Shown piece by piece: positions 38,131 to 49,598 of a DNA stretch of 64,000 nucleotides. The notes below the pieces were generated by a model. That model was not told where the DNA came from and did not search any database. It saw only the letters and a list, made by a program, of their open reading frames with translations. Every line of letters begins with the position of its first letter. The first letter of the stretch is position 1. The stretch comes from Bacilli bacterium (GTDB lineage Bacteria; Bacillota_I; Bacilli_A; RFN20; CAG-288), in the NCBI GenBank assembly GCA_022652945.1, contig JALCRV010000009.1, positions 15,025-79,024 of the forward strand. Direction: 5' to 3'. Position numbers and translations under genes: made by a program.

Positions 38131-39477
38131 CTAATATCCCTCCTCGTAGTTCTTGCCGGCGAGCAACCCATCGATCTGATTAGAGATTTCCAAGGCGACA
38201 CCGACAACGATGATCAACCCCGTCCCGCCCAACGACATTGAGCTGGGGACCACGTTACCTAAAGCGAGGGCGATAGGCAAAGTGGCGATGATGGATAGAG
38301 CGATCGCGCCGATGAACGTAATGCGATTCAAGACCTTAGAAATATAGTTCTGCGTTTCGATACCAGGACGTAATCCGGTGATGTAAGTGCCGGACTCTTG
38401 GAAGTTCTCGGCAATCTTTTCCGGATTGATCTGGAGGTTAGCGTAGAAGAATGTAAAGAAGATAATCAGGACCAGATAAATCAACAAGCCCCAAGGCATC
38501 TTCCATGTCGTATCGGCATAACCGGGCATTTCTGTCAAAACCTGGTAGTTGAAGACGTTTTCCATCTGTTTCGCCCATCCCGGGACATTGGATCCCGCGA
38601 TGAAGGAAATGATGATTGAAGGCGCCATCAGCAGCGAGGAAGCGAAGATGACAGGAATGACGGAAGCGGAATTGATCTTCAGAGGCAGGAAGGAAGACTG
38701 GGCCGCAGCGGAAGAGAGCGATTGGCTCGAAGCGGAGTGGGAAACAGGCAACCTTCTTTCGGATATTTCAACGAAGGTGACAGCCACCGTGATGGCGAAC
38801 AAGGCCACCACATAGAGCGTCAGTTGCATCGTGCCTTCAAGGATCAGAGTCGGATCGTCAGTGAGGATCTTCTCGCCCATGTACTGCTGGAAAGCGGCGA
38901 TAATCTCTTGAGGCAAAGCCGAAACGATGCCCGCGAAGATAATCATGGAAATGCCGTTTCCGATGCCTTTCTCGGTGATTTTATCGCCCAACCACATCAG
39001 CAGCATCGTCCCAGCTAACAGATAGATAATGATTTTTACATATCCCCAGACAGTCGTATCCTTGACAGTCAAGCCTTGGGTATTCTGCATGGTGACAATG
39101 ACACCATACGCCTGAACGGCCCCCAAAAGGATCGTCAGGTAACGGGTCGTCATTTCAATCTTGTGACGGCCGGTTTCACCTTCCTTGGACAATTCTGTTA
39201 AGGAAGGCAAGACATCCGTCTGCAGCAACTGGACGATAATCTGCGCGGTGATATAAGGGCTGACGCCCAAAGCGAAAAGGGAGAAAGACTGCAGCGCGCC
39301 GCCACCCATAAGGTTCATCAACCCGAGGATATCCCCGCTCGAGAAAGCGGAGGTAGAAAGGGTGACGCCCGGAACAGTGATAGCTGAACCGAGGCGGAAG
39401 ATCAGGAAGATGGCGAAAGTGAACAGAATCCTGTTCATCACGTCCTTATTCTTGAGAATCGCGCTGATTTTCTTCAT
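38131..39477 (-). CDS. secY: Preprotein translocase subunit SecY
   Basis: 10-TM profile; 448 aa. Confidence 0.9.
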   Translation of the reverse strand: MKKISAILKNKDVMNRILFTFAIFLIFRLGSAITVPGVTLSTSAFSSGDILGLMNLMGGGALQSFSLFALGVSPYITAQIIVQLLQTDVLPSLTELSKEGETGRHKIEMTTRYLTILLGAVQAYGVIVTMQNTQGLTVKDTTVWGYVKIIIYLLAGTMLLMWLGDKITEKGIGNGISMIIFAGIVSALPQEIIAAFQQYMGEKILTDDPTLILEGTMQLTLYVVALFAITVAVTFVEISERRLPVSHSASSQSLSSAAAQSSFLPLKINSASVIPVIFASSLLMAPSIIISFIAGSNVPGWAKQMENVFNYQVLTEMPGYADTTWKMPWGLLIYLVLIIFFTFFYANLQINPEKIAENFQESGTYITGLRPGIETQNYISKVLNRITFIGAIALSIIATLPIALALGNVVPSSMSLGGTGLIIVVGVALEISNQIDGLLAGKNYEEGY

Positions 39478-39478
39478 C

Positions 39479-39910
39479 TTATCTTACCTTGGCGACGCCG
39501 CCAGCTTTTTCAATCTTCTCTTTTGCAGACGCGGAGAAAGCATCGGCCACGATCGTGAGCTTAACTGCAAGCTCGCCATCGCCCAAGACTTTGATTCCGT
39601 CCTTGCGGTCGGAGATGTATAAAGCCGTATCGACCTCTTCCCCATCCTTGAAGCCTAAGGCTGCAATCTGAGAAAGATTGATGACAGCATATTCGACACG
39701 TCCGCGGTTATGGAAACCACGTTTAGGCAATCTGCGGTAGATTGGATTCTGGCCGCCTTCGAAGCCGGGGCGAGTCCCAGCGCCGGATCTAGCTCCAGCG
39801 CCTTTCTGGCCGCGGGTCGAAGTCTTGCCCATGCCTGAGCCGATACCCAGACCGACCCTCTTGGTCGGATGGGTGGAGCCCTTAGCGATCTTTAATTCAC
39901 TTAACTTCAT
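39479..39910 (-). CDS. rplO: 50S ribosomal protein L15
   Basis: MKLSELK...[16 protein letters not shown]. Confidence 0.9.
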   Translation of the reverse strand: MKLSELKIAKGSTHPTKRVGLGIGSGMGKTSTRGQKGAGARSGAGTRPGFEGGQNPIYRRLPKRGFHNRGRVEYAVINLSQIAALGFKDGEEVDTALYISDRKDGIKVLGDGELAVKLTIVADAFSASAKEKIEKAGGVAKVR

Positions 39911-40610
39911 CCTTCTTTTCCTCCTGGGTAGCAGACGCTTTTTCCTCAGCCTTCACTCCTTGCTCTTTAGCGAGAAGCTCCTGAGCTTTGGAAATGGTCC
40001 TCAGCTGCTTGATTCCATCGACCGTCGCCTTGATGACGTTGATCGAAGAACGCGAGCCATATACTTTAGAATACACGTTTTTGACGCCGGAGAGTTCAAG
40101 AATCGCACGGACCGGGCCGCCAGCGACAATTCCGGTGCCGGCCGGGGCGGGCTTCAGGAACACTTTGCAGGCTCCGAAGTTGCCTTCGACGGTATGAGGA
40201 ATCGTATCGTTTTTGACGATCGGGAGGTAATGAATGTCAGCGTTAGCGACATTGATAGCCTTCTTGATCGCATCGGGGACCTCTTGGGACTTGCCGATGC
40301 CGAATCCGAATTTGCCTTTGCCATTGCCGATGACGACGAGCGCAGAGAATCTCATTCTCTTGCCGCCTTTAACGACCTTGGTGACACGGGCGATATGGAC
40401 GACTCTTTCTTCGTATTCCTTCTGGACCTGCGGACGATGGCCACCGAAACGACGGTTGCCACCATTGCGCGGATCGCGACGATCCCCGTGGCCGAAATGG
40501 CCCTGGGCGCCTTTATCGGCGGAAGGATTAGATTCGGCTGCAGGTTTCTCTTCGACCGGAGTCGGAGCGATAACCGGAGCAGCATTCTCTTTAATATCGT
40601 TATTTTCCAT
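39897..40610 (-). CDS. rpsE: 30S ribosomal protein S5 (extensions of ~55 aa at the N-terminus and ~25 aa at the C-terminus)
   Basis: Core [22 protein letters not shown]...; the stop overlaps the rplO start by 14 nt. Confidence 0.9.
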   Translation of the reverse strand: MENNDIKENAAPVIAPTPVEEKPAAESNPSADKGAQGHFGHGDRRDPRNGGNRRFGGHRPQVQKEYEERVVHIARVTKVVKGGKRMRFSALVVIGNGKGKFGFGIGKSQEVPDAIKKAINVANADIHYLPIVKNDTIPHTVEGNFGACKVFLKPAPAGTGIVAGGPVRAILELSGVKNVYSKVYGSRSSINVIKATVDGIKQLRTISKAQELLAKEQGVKAEEKASATQEEKKDEVK

Positions 40611-40629
40611 GATGATTATTTCCTTTCGC

Positions 40630-40986
40630 CTAGAACTTCAGTCCGCCTTGACGCATCGCATCAGCGAGAGCCTGGACACGTCCGTGATAGATGTACCCGG
40701 AACGATCGAAGACAATCTCAGTGATACCGAGCTCTTTAGCTTTCTTGGCGAGTTCAGCGCCGACTTTCGTCGCACCTTCCTTGGTCGCGCCATCAGTCAA
40801 GCCCATCTTTTGGGAATTGGCTTCAGCTAAAGTCTTGCGGGCATCATCGTCAACGATTTGAGCGTAAATCTGCCTGTTAGAGCGGAAAACGCTGACTCTC
40901 GGACGGGAGGCTGTGCCATGGATCTTCGACTTTTGACGGAGATGTCTGTGGAGACGAGCCCCGTTTTTATCAATAATCTTAAACAT
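40630..40986 (-). CDS. rplR: 50S ribosomal protein L18
   Basis: [18 protein letters not shown]. Confidence 0.9.
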   Translation of the reverse strand: MFKIIDKNGARLHRHLRQKSKIHGTASRPRVSVFRSNRQIYAQIVDDDARKTLAEANSQKMGLTDGATKEGATKVGAELAKKAKELGITEIVFDRSGYIYHGRVQALADAMRQGGLKF

Positions 40987-41001
40987 AGTTCTTTAGCCTC
41001 C

Positions 41002-41583
41002 TTATTTGGCAGCCGGAGCGGCAGAGCCGCTAGCGGTCGCGGATTCCTTCTTCTTCGCCTTCGAGACTCTGAGCACGATGACCTCATCCTTGTAGTGGAT
41101 GCCTTTGCCGTGGTACGGCTCAGGTTTCTTGACCGCACGGATAATAGCCGCCTGCTGGCCGACCGCTTGGCGATCGATACCGGTGACGACAATCGTGTTA
41201 GGATCAGTGCAGGAAATCTTCACGCCCTCGAGCGGATGGACGGTAATCCCGTTAGCGAAGCCTACCTTGAGGTAGAGATCGCTACCGCGGATTTCGGCGG
41301 TGTAGCCGACGCCATCAACGATGAGGGTTTTTGAGAAGCCATCGACGACTCCTTTGACCATGTTAGCGATAATCGCTCTCGTGGTGCCGTGGAGCATCTT
41401 GTTCTCAATCTCATCATCGGGGCGTTTGACAATGAACTTTCCATCTTTCTGTTCGAAGGTCATGCGCGCATTGAAACTCTGGGTGAGGGTGCCTTTAGGC
41501 CCTTTGACCGTAACGGTGCTGCCCTCGGCCTTGATTTCGACACCTGCGGGGATGTCGATTGGTTTTTTACCGATTCTTGACAT
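41002..41583 (-). CDS. rplF: 50S ribosomal protein L6 (C-terminal Ala-rich tail)
   Basis: MSRIGKKPI. Confidence 0.9.
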   Translation of the reverse strand: MSRIGKKPIDIPAGVEIKAEGSTVTVKGPKGTLTQSFNARMTFEQKDGKFIVKRPDDEIENKMLHGTTRAIIANMVKGVVDGFSKTLIVDGVGYTAEIRGSDLYLKVGFANGITVHPLEGVKISCTDPNTIVVTGIDRQAVGQQAAIIRAVKKPEPYHGKGIHYKDEVIVLRVSKAKKKESATASGSAAPAAK

Positions 41584-41594
41584 TGTGTTTTACC

Positions 41595-41987
41595 TTACCA
41601 GACGTAGGCGAGGACTTCCCCGCCGACATCGGCCTTTCTGGCTTCTTTATCAGTCAGGACCCCTTTGGAGGTCGAGACGATTGCCATCCCTAAGCCATTG
41701 AGGACTTCGGGGAGTTCGTCGACGGAAGCGTAGACGCGGAGACCAGGTTTGGAGATTCTCTTCAGATCGGTCAGGACGCGGCCACCATCAGCGGTATACT
41801 TCAGAGTGACGACAATAGTCTTCTTGACGCCGCCTTCAACCTTGACAGCCGCGATGTAGCCTTCTCTTAAGAGAATGTCTACGATCGCTTTTTTCTCAGC
41901 CGAGAAATTGAAGGATACTTTTTCGACTTTGACTTTGTTAGCATTGCGGATGCGGGTGAGCATATCCGCGACAGGATCAGTAATCAT
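41595..41987 (-). CDS. rpsH: 30S ribosomal protein S8
   Basis: [13 protein letters not shown]. Confidence 0.9.
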   Translation of the reverse strand: MITDPVADMLTRIRNANKVKVEKVSFNFSAEKKAIVDILLREGYIAAVKVEGGVKKTIVVTLKYTADGGRVLTDLKRISKPGLRVYASVDELPEVLNGLGMAIVSTSKGVLTDKEARKADVGGEVLAYVW

Positions 41988-42011
41988 GTTCGCTTTATTC
42001 CCCTTTCCGTT

Positions 42012-42197
42012 TTACCAAGAAGCCTTTTTCAACCCAGGGATCTGGCCTTTATAAGCCATTTCACGAAGGCAGATACGGCACAGACCGAACTTGCGGATAA
42101 CGCCGTGAGGACGGCCGCAACGAGCGCAGCGCTGGTATTCTCTAACCTTGAACTTCTGCTTCTTGTTGCATTTGACGATCATTGATTGTTTTGCCAT
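42012..42197 (-). CDS. rpsZ: 30S ribosomal protein S14 type Z (zinc-binding)
   Basis: 61 aa; CxxC...CxxC. Confidence 0.9.
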   Translation of the reverse strand: MAKQSMIVKCNKKQKFKVREYQRCARCGRPHGVIRKFGLCRICLREMAYKGQIPGLKKASW

Positions 42198-42208
42198 TTT
42201 GATGTCCT

Positions 42209-42898
42209 CTACTTTCTGAACGGCATGCCCAGCGCCTCAAGTAAGGCATAGGCTTCCTTATCGGTCTTAGCCGAAGTGACGATGATGATATCCATACCGC
42301 GGAGATGGCTGATCTTATCGTAGTCGATCTCCGGGAAGATAAGCTGCTCTTTGATACCTAAGGCATAATTGCCGCGGCCATCGAAGGAATTTGTCGGGAT
42401 ACCGTGGAAATCACGGACACGGGGCAGATCGATCGAAACGAGCTTATCGAAGAAATCGTACATCCTGATACCGCGGAGAGTGACTTTGCAGCCGATAGGC
42501 TGATCCTCTCTGATCTTGAAGTTAGCGATAGCTTTCTTGGTCTTGGTGACGACCGGTTTCTGGCCGGCAATCAAGGTCATATCAGCGACCGCATCTTCAA
42601 TTTCTTTCGCGTTGGACGCCGCTTCACCGACGCCCATGTTAAGGACGATTTTCTCGAGCTTAGGAACGGCCATGATGGAAGTGTAGCCGAACTGCTTCAT
42701 CAGCAGCGGGGCGACTCTTTCTTTCCAGTCGACCTGAACGCGGGACACGATGTTGGGTTTATCTCCGCCTTTATGGTCTTTTTCGACCTTGACAGCGGGC
42801 TTAACTTCCTTGGCTTCGGCTTTCTTAGCTTCAGCTTTGGGGGCTTTCTTTTCAGCGGGTGCCTTAGGGGCAACCTCTTTCTTAATTTCTTCTGCCAT
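42209..42898 (-). CDS. rplE: 50S ribosomal protein L5 (N-terminal Ala/Lys/Pro-rich extension of ~50 aa)
   Basis: ...[28 protein letters not shown]... Confidence 0.9.
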   Translation of the reverse strand: MAEEIKKEVAPKAPAEKKAPKAEAKKAEAKEVKPAVKVEKDHKGGDKPNIVSRVQVDWKERVAPLLMKQFGYTSIMAVPKLEKIVLNMGVGEAASNAKEIEDAVADMTLIAGQKPVVTKTKKAIANFKIREDQPIGCKVTLRGIRMYDFFDKLVSIDLPRVRDFHGIPTNSFDGRGNYALGIKEQLIFPEIDYDKISHLRGMDIIIVTSAKTDKEAYALLEALGMPFRK

Positions 42899-42908
42899 AT
42901 TTACCTCC

Positions 42909-43217
42909 TTAGCCTAAGATCGTACCGCTAGCTTTCGCGACGCGGACTTTCTTGCCATCGACCACTTTGAAGCCGATTCTAGTGACCTTCTTGGTCTTCG
43001 GATCGACCAGCATAACGTGGGAAGCATCGATCGGAGCGTAGACTTCGACGATCGAACCTTCCGGATTAGCTTGGGAAGGTTTGACGTGCTTCTTTCTGAG
43101 ATTCACACCATCGACGACTACTTTGTTCAGGCGGGGGAAAGCCTTCTGGATAATACCTTGCTTGCCCTTGTCTTTGCCGTAGATGACGATGACGGAATCA
43201 CCCTTTCTTAATTTCAT
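42909..43217 (-). CDS. rplX: 50S ribosomal protein L24
   Basis: [20 protein letters not shown] motif. Confidence 0.9.
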   Translation of the reverse strand: MKLRKGDSVIVIYGKDKGKQGIIQKAFPRLNKVVVDGVNLRKKHVKPSQANPEGSIVEVYAPIDASHVMLVDPKTKKVTRIGFKVVDGKKVRVAKASGTILG

Positions 43218-43236
43218 ATTTGTTCTCTGCCTCCGT

Positions 43237-43614
43237 TTATAAGACTTCCGGGGCTAAAGAGATGATCTTCATAAAGCCATCTCCGCCCTTTTCACGCAAC
43301 TCACGAGCGACCGGTCCGAAGACACGGGTGCCTTTAGGAGTGCCATCTTCGTTAAGGAGGACGATCGCATTATCATCGAAGCGGATGGTCGAACCATCTC
43401 TTCTCTGATATTCCTTCTTGACTCTGATGATGACACCTTTGACGATGTCGCTCTGTTTGACCTTCGCGTTAGGGATAGCCTTCTTCACCGCGCAGATGAC
43501 GATGTCACCGACGCTGACGGAACGGCGGAAAGAACCGCCGAGCATACGGAAGACCCTGACTGATTGAGCGCCGGAATTATCGGCGACGACCAGGTTAGTC
43601 TCATTTTGAATCAT
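43237..43614 (-). CDS. rplN: 50S ribosomal protein L14
   Basis: [16 protein letters not shown]. Confidence 0.9.
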   Translation of the reverse strand: MIQNETNLVVADNSGAQSVRVFRMLGGSFRRSVSVGDIVICAVKKAIPNAKVKQSDIVKGVIIRVKKEYQRRDGSTIRFDDNAIVLLNEDGTPKGTRVFGPVARELREKGGDGFMKIISLAPEVL

Positions 43615-43886
43615 AATTGAGCCTCTCCCTTCTTCAGGACTTTAACGAGGCGGAAGTAGACGGTGGCAGCGATATGTCTGGTCTCTTCGATCAGGACGGT
43701 ATCACCGACATTGGCTTCCTCTTTCTCGTCGTGAGCCTTGTACTTTTTACGATACTCAGCTCTCTTGCCATAAATAGGATCGTTCTTGTAAGTGGAGACC
43801 TCGACGGTGATGGTCTTATCCATCTTGTCTGAAACGACAATGCCGGTCAGACGACGTCTGGTCTTTTCAACTGTATTTTCTGCCAT
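43611..43886 (-). CDS. rpsQ: 30S ribosomal protein S17
   Basis: [17 protein letters not shown]. Confidence 0.9.
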   Translation of the reverse strand: MAENTVEKTRRRLTGIVVSDKMDKTITVEVSTYKNDPIYGKRAEYRKKYKAHDEKEEANVGDTVLIEETRHIAATVYFRLVKVLKKGEAQL

Positions 43887-43900
43887 ATTACGAATTCCTC

Positions 43901-44113
43901 CTATTTAGCAGCCGGTTTGGCGGCGGCGAGCTGGCGTTCCTTCTGGACGGTCAGACACTTAGCGATAGTCTTGCGGACATCGTGGAGTTTCTTTCCGTTG
44001 TCAAGATTGCCGGTTCTCTGCTGGAAGCGAAGAGTCATCAGATCGGACTTAAGTTCTAAGACCTTCTCCGAAATCTCTTTATCGCTCAGCTTTCTTACTT
44101 CATCGATTTCCAT
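43901..44113 (-). CDS. rpmC: 50S ribosomal protein L29
   Basis: 70 aa; ELK..L..LRFQ. Confidence 0.85.
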   Translation of the reverse strand: MEIDEVRKLSDKEISEKVLELKSDLMTLRFQQRTGNLDNGKKLHDVRKTIAKCLTVQKERQLAAAKPAAK

Positions 44114-44115
44114 GC

Positions 44116-44535
44116 TTATCTGCCCTCCTCGCCTTTTTTCACGACCTTGGAGCGGACGGGAAGCTTATAGGAGACCTGATGAAGGGCTTCCTTAGCTGTC
44201 TCATCATCCACACCGCTGATTTCGAACATGATCTTCCCGACTTTGACCGGGCAGACCCAAGCATCAATCGAGCCTTTGCCGGAGCCCATACGGACTTCTG
44301 CGGGCTTCTTAGTCTTCCCTAAGTAAGGGAAGATGCGGACGTAGGCCTTGCCACCTTTACGGGTATAACGAGCAAGGACGACACGGGCCGCTTCGATCTG
44401 ACGGTTATTGACATAATTCCCAGTGGTAGCAACTAGTCCGTACTGACCGTACAAGACCTTGGTGCCGCCTTTAGCATGTCCCTCGTAGGACAAGGCCTGG
44501 GGGTGTCTGTATTCAACTCTCTTTGGCTGTAACAT
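44116..44535 (-). CDS. rplP: 50S ribosomal protein L16
   Basis: [13 protein letters not shown]. Confidence 0.9.
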   Translation of the reverse strand: MLQPKRVEYRHPQALSYEGHAKGGTKVLYGQYGLVATTGNYVNNRQIEAARVVLARYTRKGGKAYVRIFPYLGKTKKPAEVRMGSGKGSIDAWVCPVKVGKIMFEISGVDDETAKEALHQVSYKLPVRSKVVKKGEEGR

Positions 44536-44537
44536 AT

Positions 44538-45350
44538 CTATTCTCCTTTTTCGGCATCGTCATCAGCCTGTTGAGCCTGACCTTCAGCGGGAACAGGAGC
44601 AGCCTGGACAGCCGGACGCGGAGCGAACTGACGAGGTCCGTTATTGAACGGACGGCGCGGTCCGCGGCGATCAAAGCGATCGGACGGTGCACGTTTCTCG
44701 CCCGGGGCGAGGACGTTGCCGGCGAAATTGGCCGGAAGGGCGATCCAGACTTTGACACCGAGACGGCCGTAGGTCGTCTTAGCTTCGGCAAAGCCATAAT
44801 CGACATTCTGGGACAAGGTCTGAAGGGACAGAGTTCCTTCACGGTACGACTCGGAACGAGCGATTTCCGCTCCGCCGAGACGGCCTTTAACCATGGTCTT
44901 GCAGCCTTTGGCGCCAGCGCGGATGATGTTCTGAATCGCCTTTTTCTGGGCGATACGGAACGAAGCGCGTTCCTCAAGCTGTTTGGCGATTGATTTCGCG
45001 ACTAAGACAGCATCGAGGTTAGGATCTTTGATCTCGACGATGTTGAGCTTGATATCATCGACACCGATGAGCTTAAGCAGAGCATCTTTAAGATTCTTAA
45101 TGTTGGCTCCATCCTGACCGATCACGACGCCCGGACGGGCGACGAAGATAGAGACGGTGATGGTGCCCTTGATACGCTCGATATCAATATGAGAGAGCTC
45201 AGCTTCCACGAGTTTCGGCTCGAGGTAGTTGCGAATCTTCATATCGAGAGCAATATACTTGGCGTAATCTTTATCAGAGGCATACCAGCGCGAGGACCAA
45301 TCTTTATTGATCCCGATACGCATGCCATTCGGATTTACTTTCTGGCCCAT
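44538..45350 (-). CDS. rpsC: 30S ribosomal protein S3 (C-terminal extension of ~50 aa)
   Basis: MGQKVNPNGMRIGI KH domain. Confidence 0.9.
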   Translation of the reverse strand: MGQKVNPNGMRIGINKDWSSRWYASDKDYAKYIALDMKIRNYLEPKLVEAELSHIDIERIKGTITVSIFVARPGVVIGQDGANIKNLKDALLKLIGVDDIKLNIVEIKDPNLDAVLVAKSIAKQLEERASFRIAQKKAIQNIIRAGAKGCKTMVKGRLGGAEIARSESYREGTLSLQTLSQNVDYGFAEAKTTYGRLGVKVWIALPANFAGNVLAPGEKRAPSDRFDRRGPRRPFNNGPRQFAPRPAVQAAPVPAEGQAQQADDDAEKGE

Positions 45351-45352
45351 AT

Positions 45353-45739
45353 TTACTTCTCTTCTCCTTTCGCTTTCAGGACGACGGTGAGGTTAGACAT
45401 TCTCTTCATATAAGGAGAGGATGAGCCTTTGGCGCGCGGTTCCATTCTCTTGAGACGCGGGCCATCTCCGACTTGGATTGAGGCGATGTAGAGCTTGCCG
45501 GCTTCCATGTGGAAGTTATTGACAGCGTTGGCTTCCGCGGAATGGATAGCTTTGGCGACGACATCGACCGGAGCCTTCACCGTATTGGCGAGAAGGGCGT
45601 AGGCGGCAGGAAGATCCTTACCGCGGACGAGATCGATGACTAAGCGCATTTTACGAGGAGTGATATGGATCCCATCGACGAAGCATCTCGCTTCAGTTCT
45701 AGTGGGAGTCTTGACTTCAGCTTTTTCTTTCTTTGCCAT
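45353..45739 (-). CDS. rplV: 50S ribosomal protein L22
   Basis: Characteristic L22 fold sequence; 128 aa. Confidence 0.9.
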   Translation of the reverse strand: MAKKEKAEVKTPTRTEARCFVDGIHITPRKMRLVIDLVRGKDLPAAYALLANTVKAPVDVVAKAIHSAEANAVNNFHMEAGKLYIASIQVGDGPRLKRMEPRAKGSSSPYMKRMSNLTVVLKAKGEEK

Positions 45740-45750
45740 ATTTATTCCCC

Positions 45751-46137
45751 TTATTTCTTAGCAGCCGGAGCGGCAGGAGCAGCAGCCGGAGCAGCGGCGC
45801 CAGCTGCAGGTTTCGCAGCAGTAGCGGCGGCAGCACCAGCGGCAGGAGCAGCGGCAGTAGCGGCAGCTGCTTCGGCGACATTAGTTCCGTGTCCCTTAAA
45901 AATACGGGTCGGAACGAATTCGCCTAATTTGTGCCCGACCATATCCTCGGTAATATAGACCGGGATATGATTCTTGCCATTGTAGACGGAGATCGTCAGT
46001 TCGACAAATTGGGGAAGAATGGTGCTTCTTCTCGACCAAGTCTTGATGATAGTCTTCTTTCCGGAAGCGCGCATAGCGTTGACTCTGGAGAGAAGCTTCT
46101 CTTCGCAATAAGGTCCTTTTTTGATTGAACGATGCAT
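45751..46137 (-). CDS. rpsS: 30S ribosomal protein S19 (C-terminal poly-Ala/Pro tail of ~35 aa)
   Basis: [13 protein letters not shown]...[10 protein letters not shown]. Confidence 0.9.
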   Translation of the reverse strand: MHRSIKKGPYCEEKLLSRVNAMRASGKKTIIKTWSRRSTILPQFVELTISVYNGKNHIPVYITEDMVGHKLGEFVPTRIFKGHGTNVAEAAAATAAAPAAGAAAATAAKPAAGAAAPAAAPAAPAAKK

Positions 46138-46160
46138 ATTGTTAACCTATTCCTCCTGAT

Positions 46161-46994
46161 TTACTTGTCGTTGACTCTTCTGATGATCAGACGAGACGAA
46201 GCTTTATTCATCTTTCTGGTCTTGACACCCAGAGCCTTCTTGCCCCACGGAGTACGCGGTGCATCACGGCCGATCGGGCACTTACCTTCACCGCCACCGT
46301 GCGGGTGATCGTTCGGGTTCATGGCGGAGCCACGGACTGTCGGACGGATACCGAGGTAACGGGTCTTGCCAGCCTTACCACGATGGACCAGATTGAAGTC
46401 TTCATTGGAGACAACACCAATCGTCGCGCGGCAGTTGGATAAGACTTTCCTTACTTCGCCGGACTGGAGACGTAAGGTGACATATCTTTCTTCTTTGCCC
46501 AGAATCTGAGCGGAAGTCCCGGCAGCGCGGCACATCTGACCGCCACGGCCCGGAGTGAGTTCGATATTGCAGACCATGATTCCTTCAGGAATCTCAGCCA
46601 GCGGAAGGCAGTTGCCAACCTTGATATCTTTGCCCTTGCCAGAGACAATCTTGTCTCCGACTTTCAGCCCGCCCGGAGCGATGATGTAATTCTTCGTTCC
46701 GTCCGGATAGATGACCAACGCGATGAAGGCGTTGCGGTTAGGATCGTATTCCAGAGCGGAAACGGTCGCGACCTGATCATCTCTGTTTCTCTTGAAATCG
46801 ATGATGCGGTACATCCTCTTATTGCCACCGCCCTTATGACGGCAGGTGATGTATCCCTGGTTATTGCGTCCGCCTTTATGAGGAAGCGGAGCCAGCAGTG
46901 CTTTTTCAGGAGCTTTCTTCGTGAGACAACTATAATCGATCGTCGCCAGATGGCGCAGACCGTGAGTTGTCGGATTGTATAACTTGATTGCCAT
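46161..46994 (-). CDS. rplB: 50S ribosomal protein L2
   Basis: [10 protein letters not shown]...GGGEGK... Confidence 0.9.
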   Translation of the reverse strand: MAIKLYNPTTHGLRHLATIDYSCLTKKAPEKALLAPLPHKGGRNNQGYITCRHKGGGNKRMYRIIDFKRNRDDQVATVSALEYDPNRNAFIALVIYPDGTKNYIIAPGGLKVGDKIVSGKGKDIKVGNCLPLAEIPEGIMVCNIELTPGRGGQMCRAAGTSAQILGKEERYVTLRLQSGEVRKVLSNCRATIGVVSNEDFNLVHRGKAGKTRYLGIRPTVRGSAMNPNDHPHGGGEGKCPIGRDAPRTPWGKKALGVKTRKMNKASSRLIIRRVNDK

Positions 46995-47026
46995 TTTAAT
47001 TCTCCTATAATTCGCTATCTGTTGAG

Positions 47027-47584
47027 CTATTTGGCTTGTTCAGCTTGGGCGGCTTTGGCGATCTCACCTAAGTCGTAATCCTTGTTGACCTTGACGATAG
47101 CTTTCTTGAAGCCGGGGACGTGGCCTTCATAACGGCCCATTCTCTTGGCTTTAGCTCTGACATTAACCGTATTGACTTTATCGACCTTGACGCCGAAGAT
47201 CGCTTGGACCGCTTCTTTAATCTCAGTAGCGGTAGCAGAAGAGGCGACGCGGAGAACAATCTTATTTTCTTTGGCTTCCATCGCCTGAGTTTTTTCAGTG
47301 ATGTAGGGTCCGTGGATGATTTCGAAGTCATGCTGAGTAGGCTTGCGAGTCTTGAATTCCTTCATCGCAGGCTTCTTAGCTTCTTCCTTCTTCTCTTCTT
47401 TGGGCTCAGCCTTGACTTCCGCAGGTTTTACTTCTTCAGCCTTTTTGGACGCCGAAGCTTTCTTAGCGGGAGCCTTTTTAGGAGCAGCAGCTTCCTTTTT
47501 AGGAGCAGCCTTGGTAGCGGCGGCCTTCTTGACGGGTTTCTTCTCCGTCTCGACGGCGGTCTCTTTCTTTTCTTCTTCTGCCAT
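47027..47584 (-). CDS. rplW: 50S ribosomal protein L23 (N-terminal A/K/E-rich extension of ~85 aa)
   Basis: Canonical L23 core [14 protein letters not shown]...VNTVNV within the C-terminal 100 aa. Confidence 0.85.
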   Translation of the reverse strand: MAEEEKKETAVETEKKPVKKAAATKAAPKKEAAAPKKAPAKKASASKKAEEVKPAEVKAEPKEEKKEEAKKPAMKEFKTRKPTQHDFEIIHGPYITEKTQAMEAKENKIVLRVASSATATEIKEAVQAIFGVKVDKVNTVNVRAKAKRMGRYEGHVPGFKKAIVKVNKDYDLGEIAKAAQAEQAK

Positions 47585-47586
47585 AA

Positions 47587-48255
47587 TTACTTGGCCTCCT
47601 CAGAGCCAGCCTCTTCGAATTGGCTGGCGATGTCAGCGATGACCGACTTAGTGAAAATCACCTTATCAGCATTGAGGACATCGTATACGGACATGTTATC
47701 GGAGAAATCAACTTTCAGGCCAGGGATATTCCCGGAAGCCCTTAAGAAGTTCTCATCGAAGTTATCGATGACGAACAGGATCTTTCCGGAGAGATTCATC
47801 TTCGCTAACGCGGCGACGAAATCCTTAGTCTTCGGAGAAGAGAACTTCTCGGAATCGATGACGAGGACGTTCTTGGTATTGACCTTGTCGGAAAGGACGG
47901 AAGCCAGAGCCAAGAAGTGCTCTTTCTTATTCATCTTAAGCTTGTAGCTCTGTTTGCCGTTCGGGCCGAAGACGACAGCGCCGCCTCTCCAAAGAGGAGA
48001 ACGACGAGTGCCGACTCTTGCGCGGCCGGTTCCCTTTTGCTTCCAAGGTTTTTTACCAGTGCCCTTCACCTCAGAAATGGTGCGGGTCTTAGCGGTAGCC
48101 TGACGACGATTAGCCAGGTCAACCTTGACGGAGAGCTGAACCACATATTCGTTCGGCTTGATACCGAACAGCTCGGGGACCAATTTTGTTTTACCGACTT
48201 CCTTACCTGCAAAGTCGATGACCGGGAGCTCGATCTTTTGATTGACTATTTTCAT
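47587..48255 (-). CDS. rplD: 50S ribosomal protein L4
   Basis: 222 aa; typical L4. Confidence 0.9.
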   Translation of the reverse strand: MKIVNQKIELPVIDFAGKEVGKTKLVPELFGIKPNEYVVQLSVKVDLANRRQATAKTRTISEVKGTGKKPWKQKGTGRARVGTRRSPLWRGGAVVFGPNGKQSYKLKMNKKEHFLALASVLSDKVNTKNVLVIDSEKFSSPKTKDFVAALAKMNLSGKILFVIDNFDENFLRASGNIPGLKVDFSDNMSVYDVLNADKVIFTKSVIADIASQFEEAGSEEAK

Positions 48256-48270
48256 CTTGCTTCTCCTTTA

Positions 48271-48993
48271 TTACTTAGCCTCAGCAGCCGGGGCGGCCTC
48301 AGCGACCGGAGCAGCAGCCTTAGCTACCGTACGGTTAATCAGAGGTTTCACAGCATGCTTGAGATTAGGATCTCTGGTAGCGGTGCGGATCTTGATGATC
48401 GACTTATTAGGGCCGGGGACAGATCCTTTGATGAGAATGGCGTTCTTATCCGGGTAGACAGCGACAACGGTGAGGTTGAGGGTCGTACGGGTATAGTGGC
48501 CATGATGACCGGACATAGTCTTGCCAGGATGGACACGGTTATTGGTACGTCCGTTGGTGGCTAAGGAGCCGATCTGACGATGATAGCCGGAACCGTGGCC
48601 TTTCGGGCCGATGGTCGCATGATATCTCTTGATGATACCCGAGTAGCCGCGGCCTTTAGAGGTGCCGGTCACATCGACGTTATCACCCGCTTCAAAAATG
48701 GAGCAAAGGATATCCTGTCCGACTTCATACTTATAGACTTCGTCGCCTTTAAGTTCGAAGACGTCAGCCTTGGTCTCGGAATGCGCCTTATCGAAGACGC
48801 CTTTCATAGCCTTGGTGATATTCTTCTTCTTCGGCTCATAGCCGACGACGACAGCTTCATAGCCGTCTTTATCCACAGTTTTCTTCTGGATGACGGTATT
48901 AGGCAAGACCTCAATAACGGAAACAGGATACTGAGTCCCATCTTCCGCAAAAACGGAAGTCATGCCGATTTTTCTTCCGATAATCGTTTTCAT
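48271..48993 (-). CDS. rplC: 50S ribosomal protein L3 (Ala-rich C-terminal tail)
   Basis: Start moved to [15 protein letters not shown], with an aaaggag SD 8 nt upstream; that start lies just after the rpsJ stop. Confidence 0.9.
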   Translation of the reverse strand: MKTIIGRKIGMTSVFAEDGTQYPVSVIEVLPNTVIQKKTVDKDGYEAVVVGYEPKKKNITKAMKGVFDKAHSETKADVFELKGDEVYKYEVGQDILCSIFEAGDNVDVTGTSKGRGYSGIIKRYHATIGPKGHGSGYHRQIGSLATNGRTNNRVHPGKTMSGHHGHYTRTTLNLTVVAVYPDKNAILIKGSVPGPNKSIIKIRTATRDPNLKHAVKPLINRTVAKAAAPVAEAAPAAEAK

Positions 48994-49006
48994 TTCCGTT
49001 TCTCCT

Positions 49007-49318
49007 TTATAGCTTAATCTCGATATCAACGCCGGACGGCAGATCGAGCCTAGTTAAGGTATCGATGGTAGCTTTAGTCGGGCGAACGATGTCGATCAGA
49101 CGTTTGTGCGTTCTGATTTCGAATTGCTCACGGGAGTCCTTATCGACGAACGGTGAGCGCAGAATCGTATAGATTTGCTTCTCTGTAGGAAGCGGGATCG
49201 GGCCGACGACAGTCGCCCCAGTCTTAGTCGCAGCTTCGACGATCTTGGCTACAGATAGATCCAAGACTTTGTGGTCGTAAGCCTTCAAACGAACACGGAT
49301 GTTGTTTGTCTTTGCCAT
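49007..49318 (-). CDS. rpsJ: 30S ribosomal protein S10
   Basis: [13 protein letters not shown]. Confidence 0.9.
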   Translation of the reverse strand: MAKTNNIRVRLKAYDHKVLDLSVAKIVEAATKTGATVVGPIPLPTEKQIYTILRSPFVDKDSREQFEIRTHKRLIDIVRPTKATIDTLTRLDLPSGVDIEIKL

Positions 49319-49481
49319 GCTTTTTTCCTCCTTGTCAATTTTGGCATTTAAGCTTTTTTCCGCTCAGTGTGATTTTCCCGATAACATGACAACCCTGATA
49401 GGCGTATCGGCAATGTCACACTTCAACACGGGCTGGGCAAACCAGCTCTACTAGTCTATCGCTTCCCTTTTCAGTAGTCAA
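49319..49481 (-). promoter_or_regulatory. S10-operon promoter (TTGACT-17-TAGACT at 49453-49481, minus strand) and ~125-nt structured 5' leader
   Basis: Hexamers read on the minus strand. The leader carries a gctgg...ccagc hairpin and an aaggagg SD before rpsJ. This is the region where L4-mediated autoregulation is expected. Confidence 0.4.
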
Positions 49482-49598
49482 CACTTTTATTAAAGGCCTA
49501 AAACAATCGTCTACGAGCTGACATATTATAAGGATTTATATATAAAAAAACGGGTTGGGTTTTCACCCTCCCCGTCGATTTTCTGAGGTCAGCGACAT

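Noticed and set aside
45665-45958. A plus-strand 97-aa poly-Ala ORF and similar plus-strand ORFs across 34-49 kb (for example 47120..47947 and 47917..48564).
   Set aside because: They are antisense to highly conserved ribosomal protein genes. Their low-complexity composition mirrors the Ala/Lys codon runs of the r-protein extensions on the other strand. They have no SD or independent signals.
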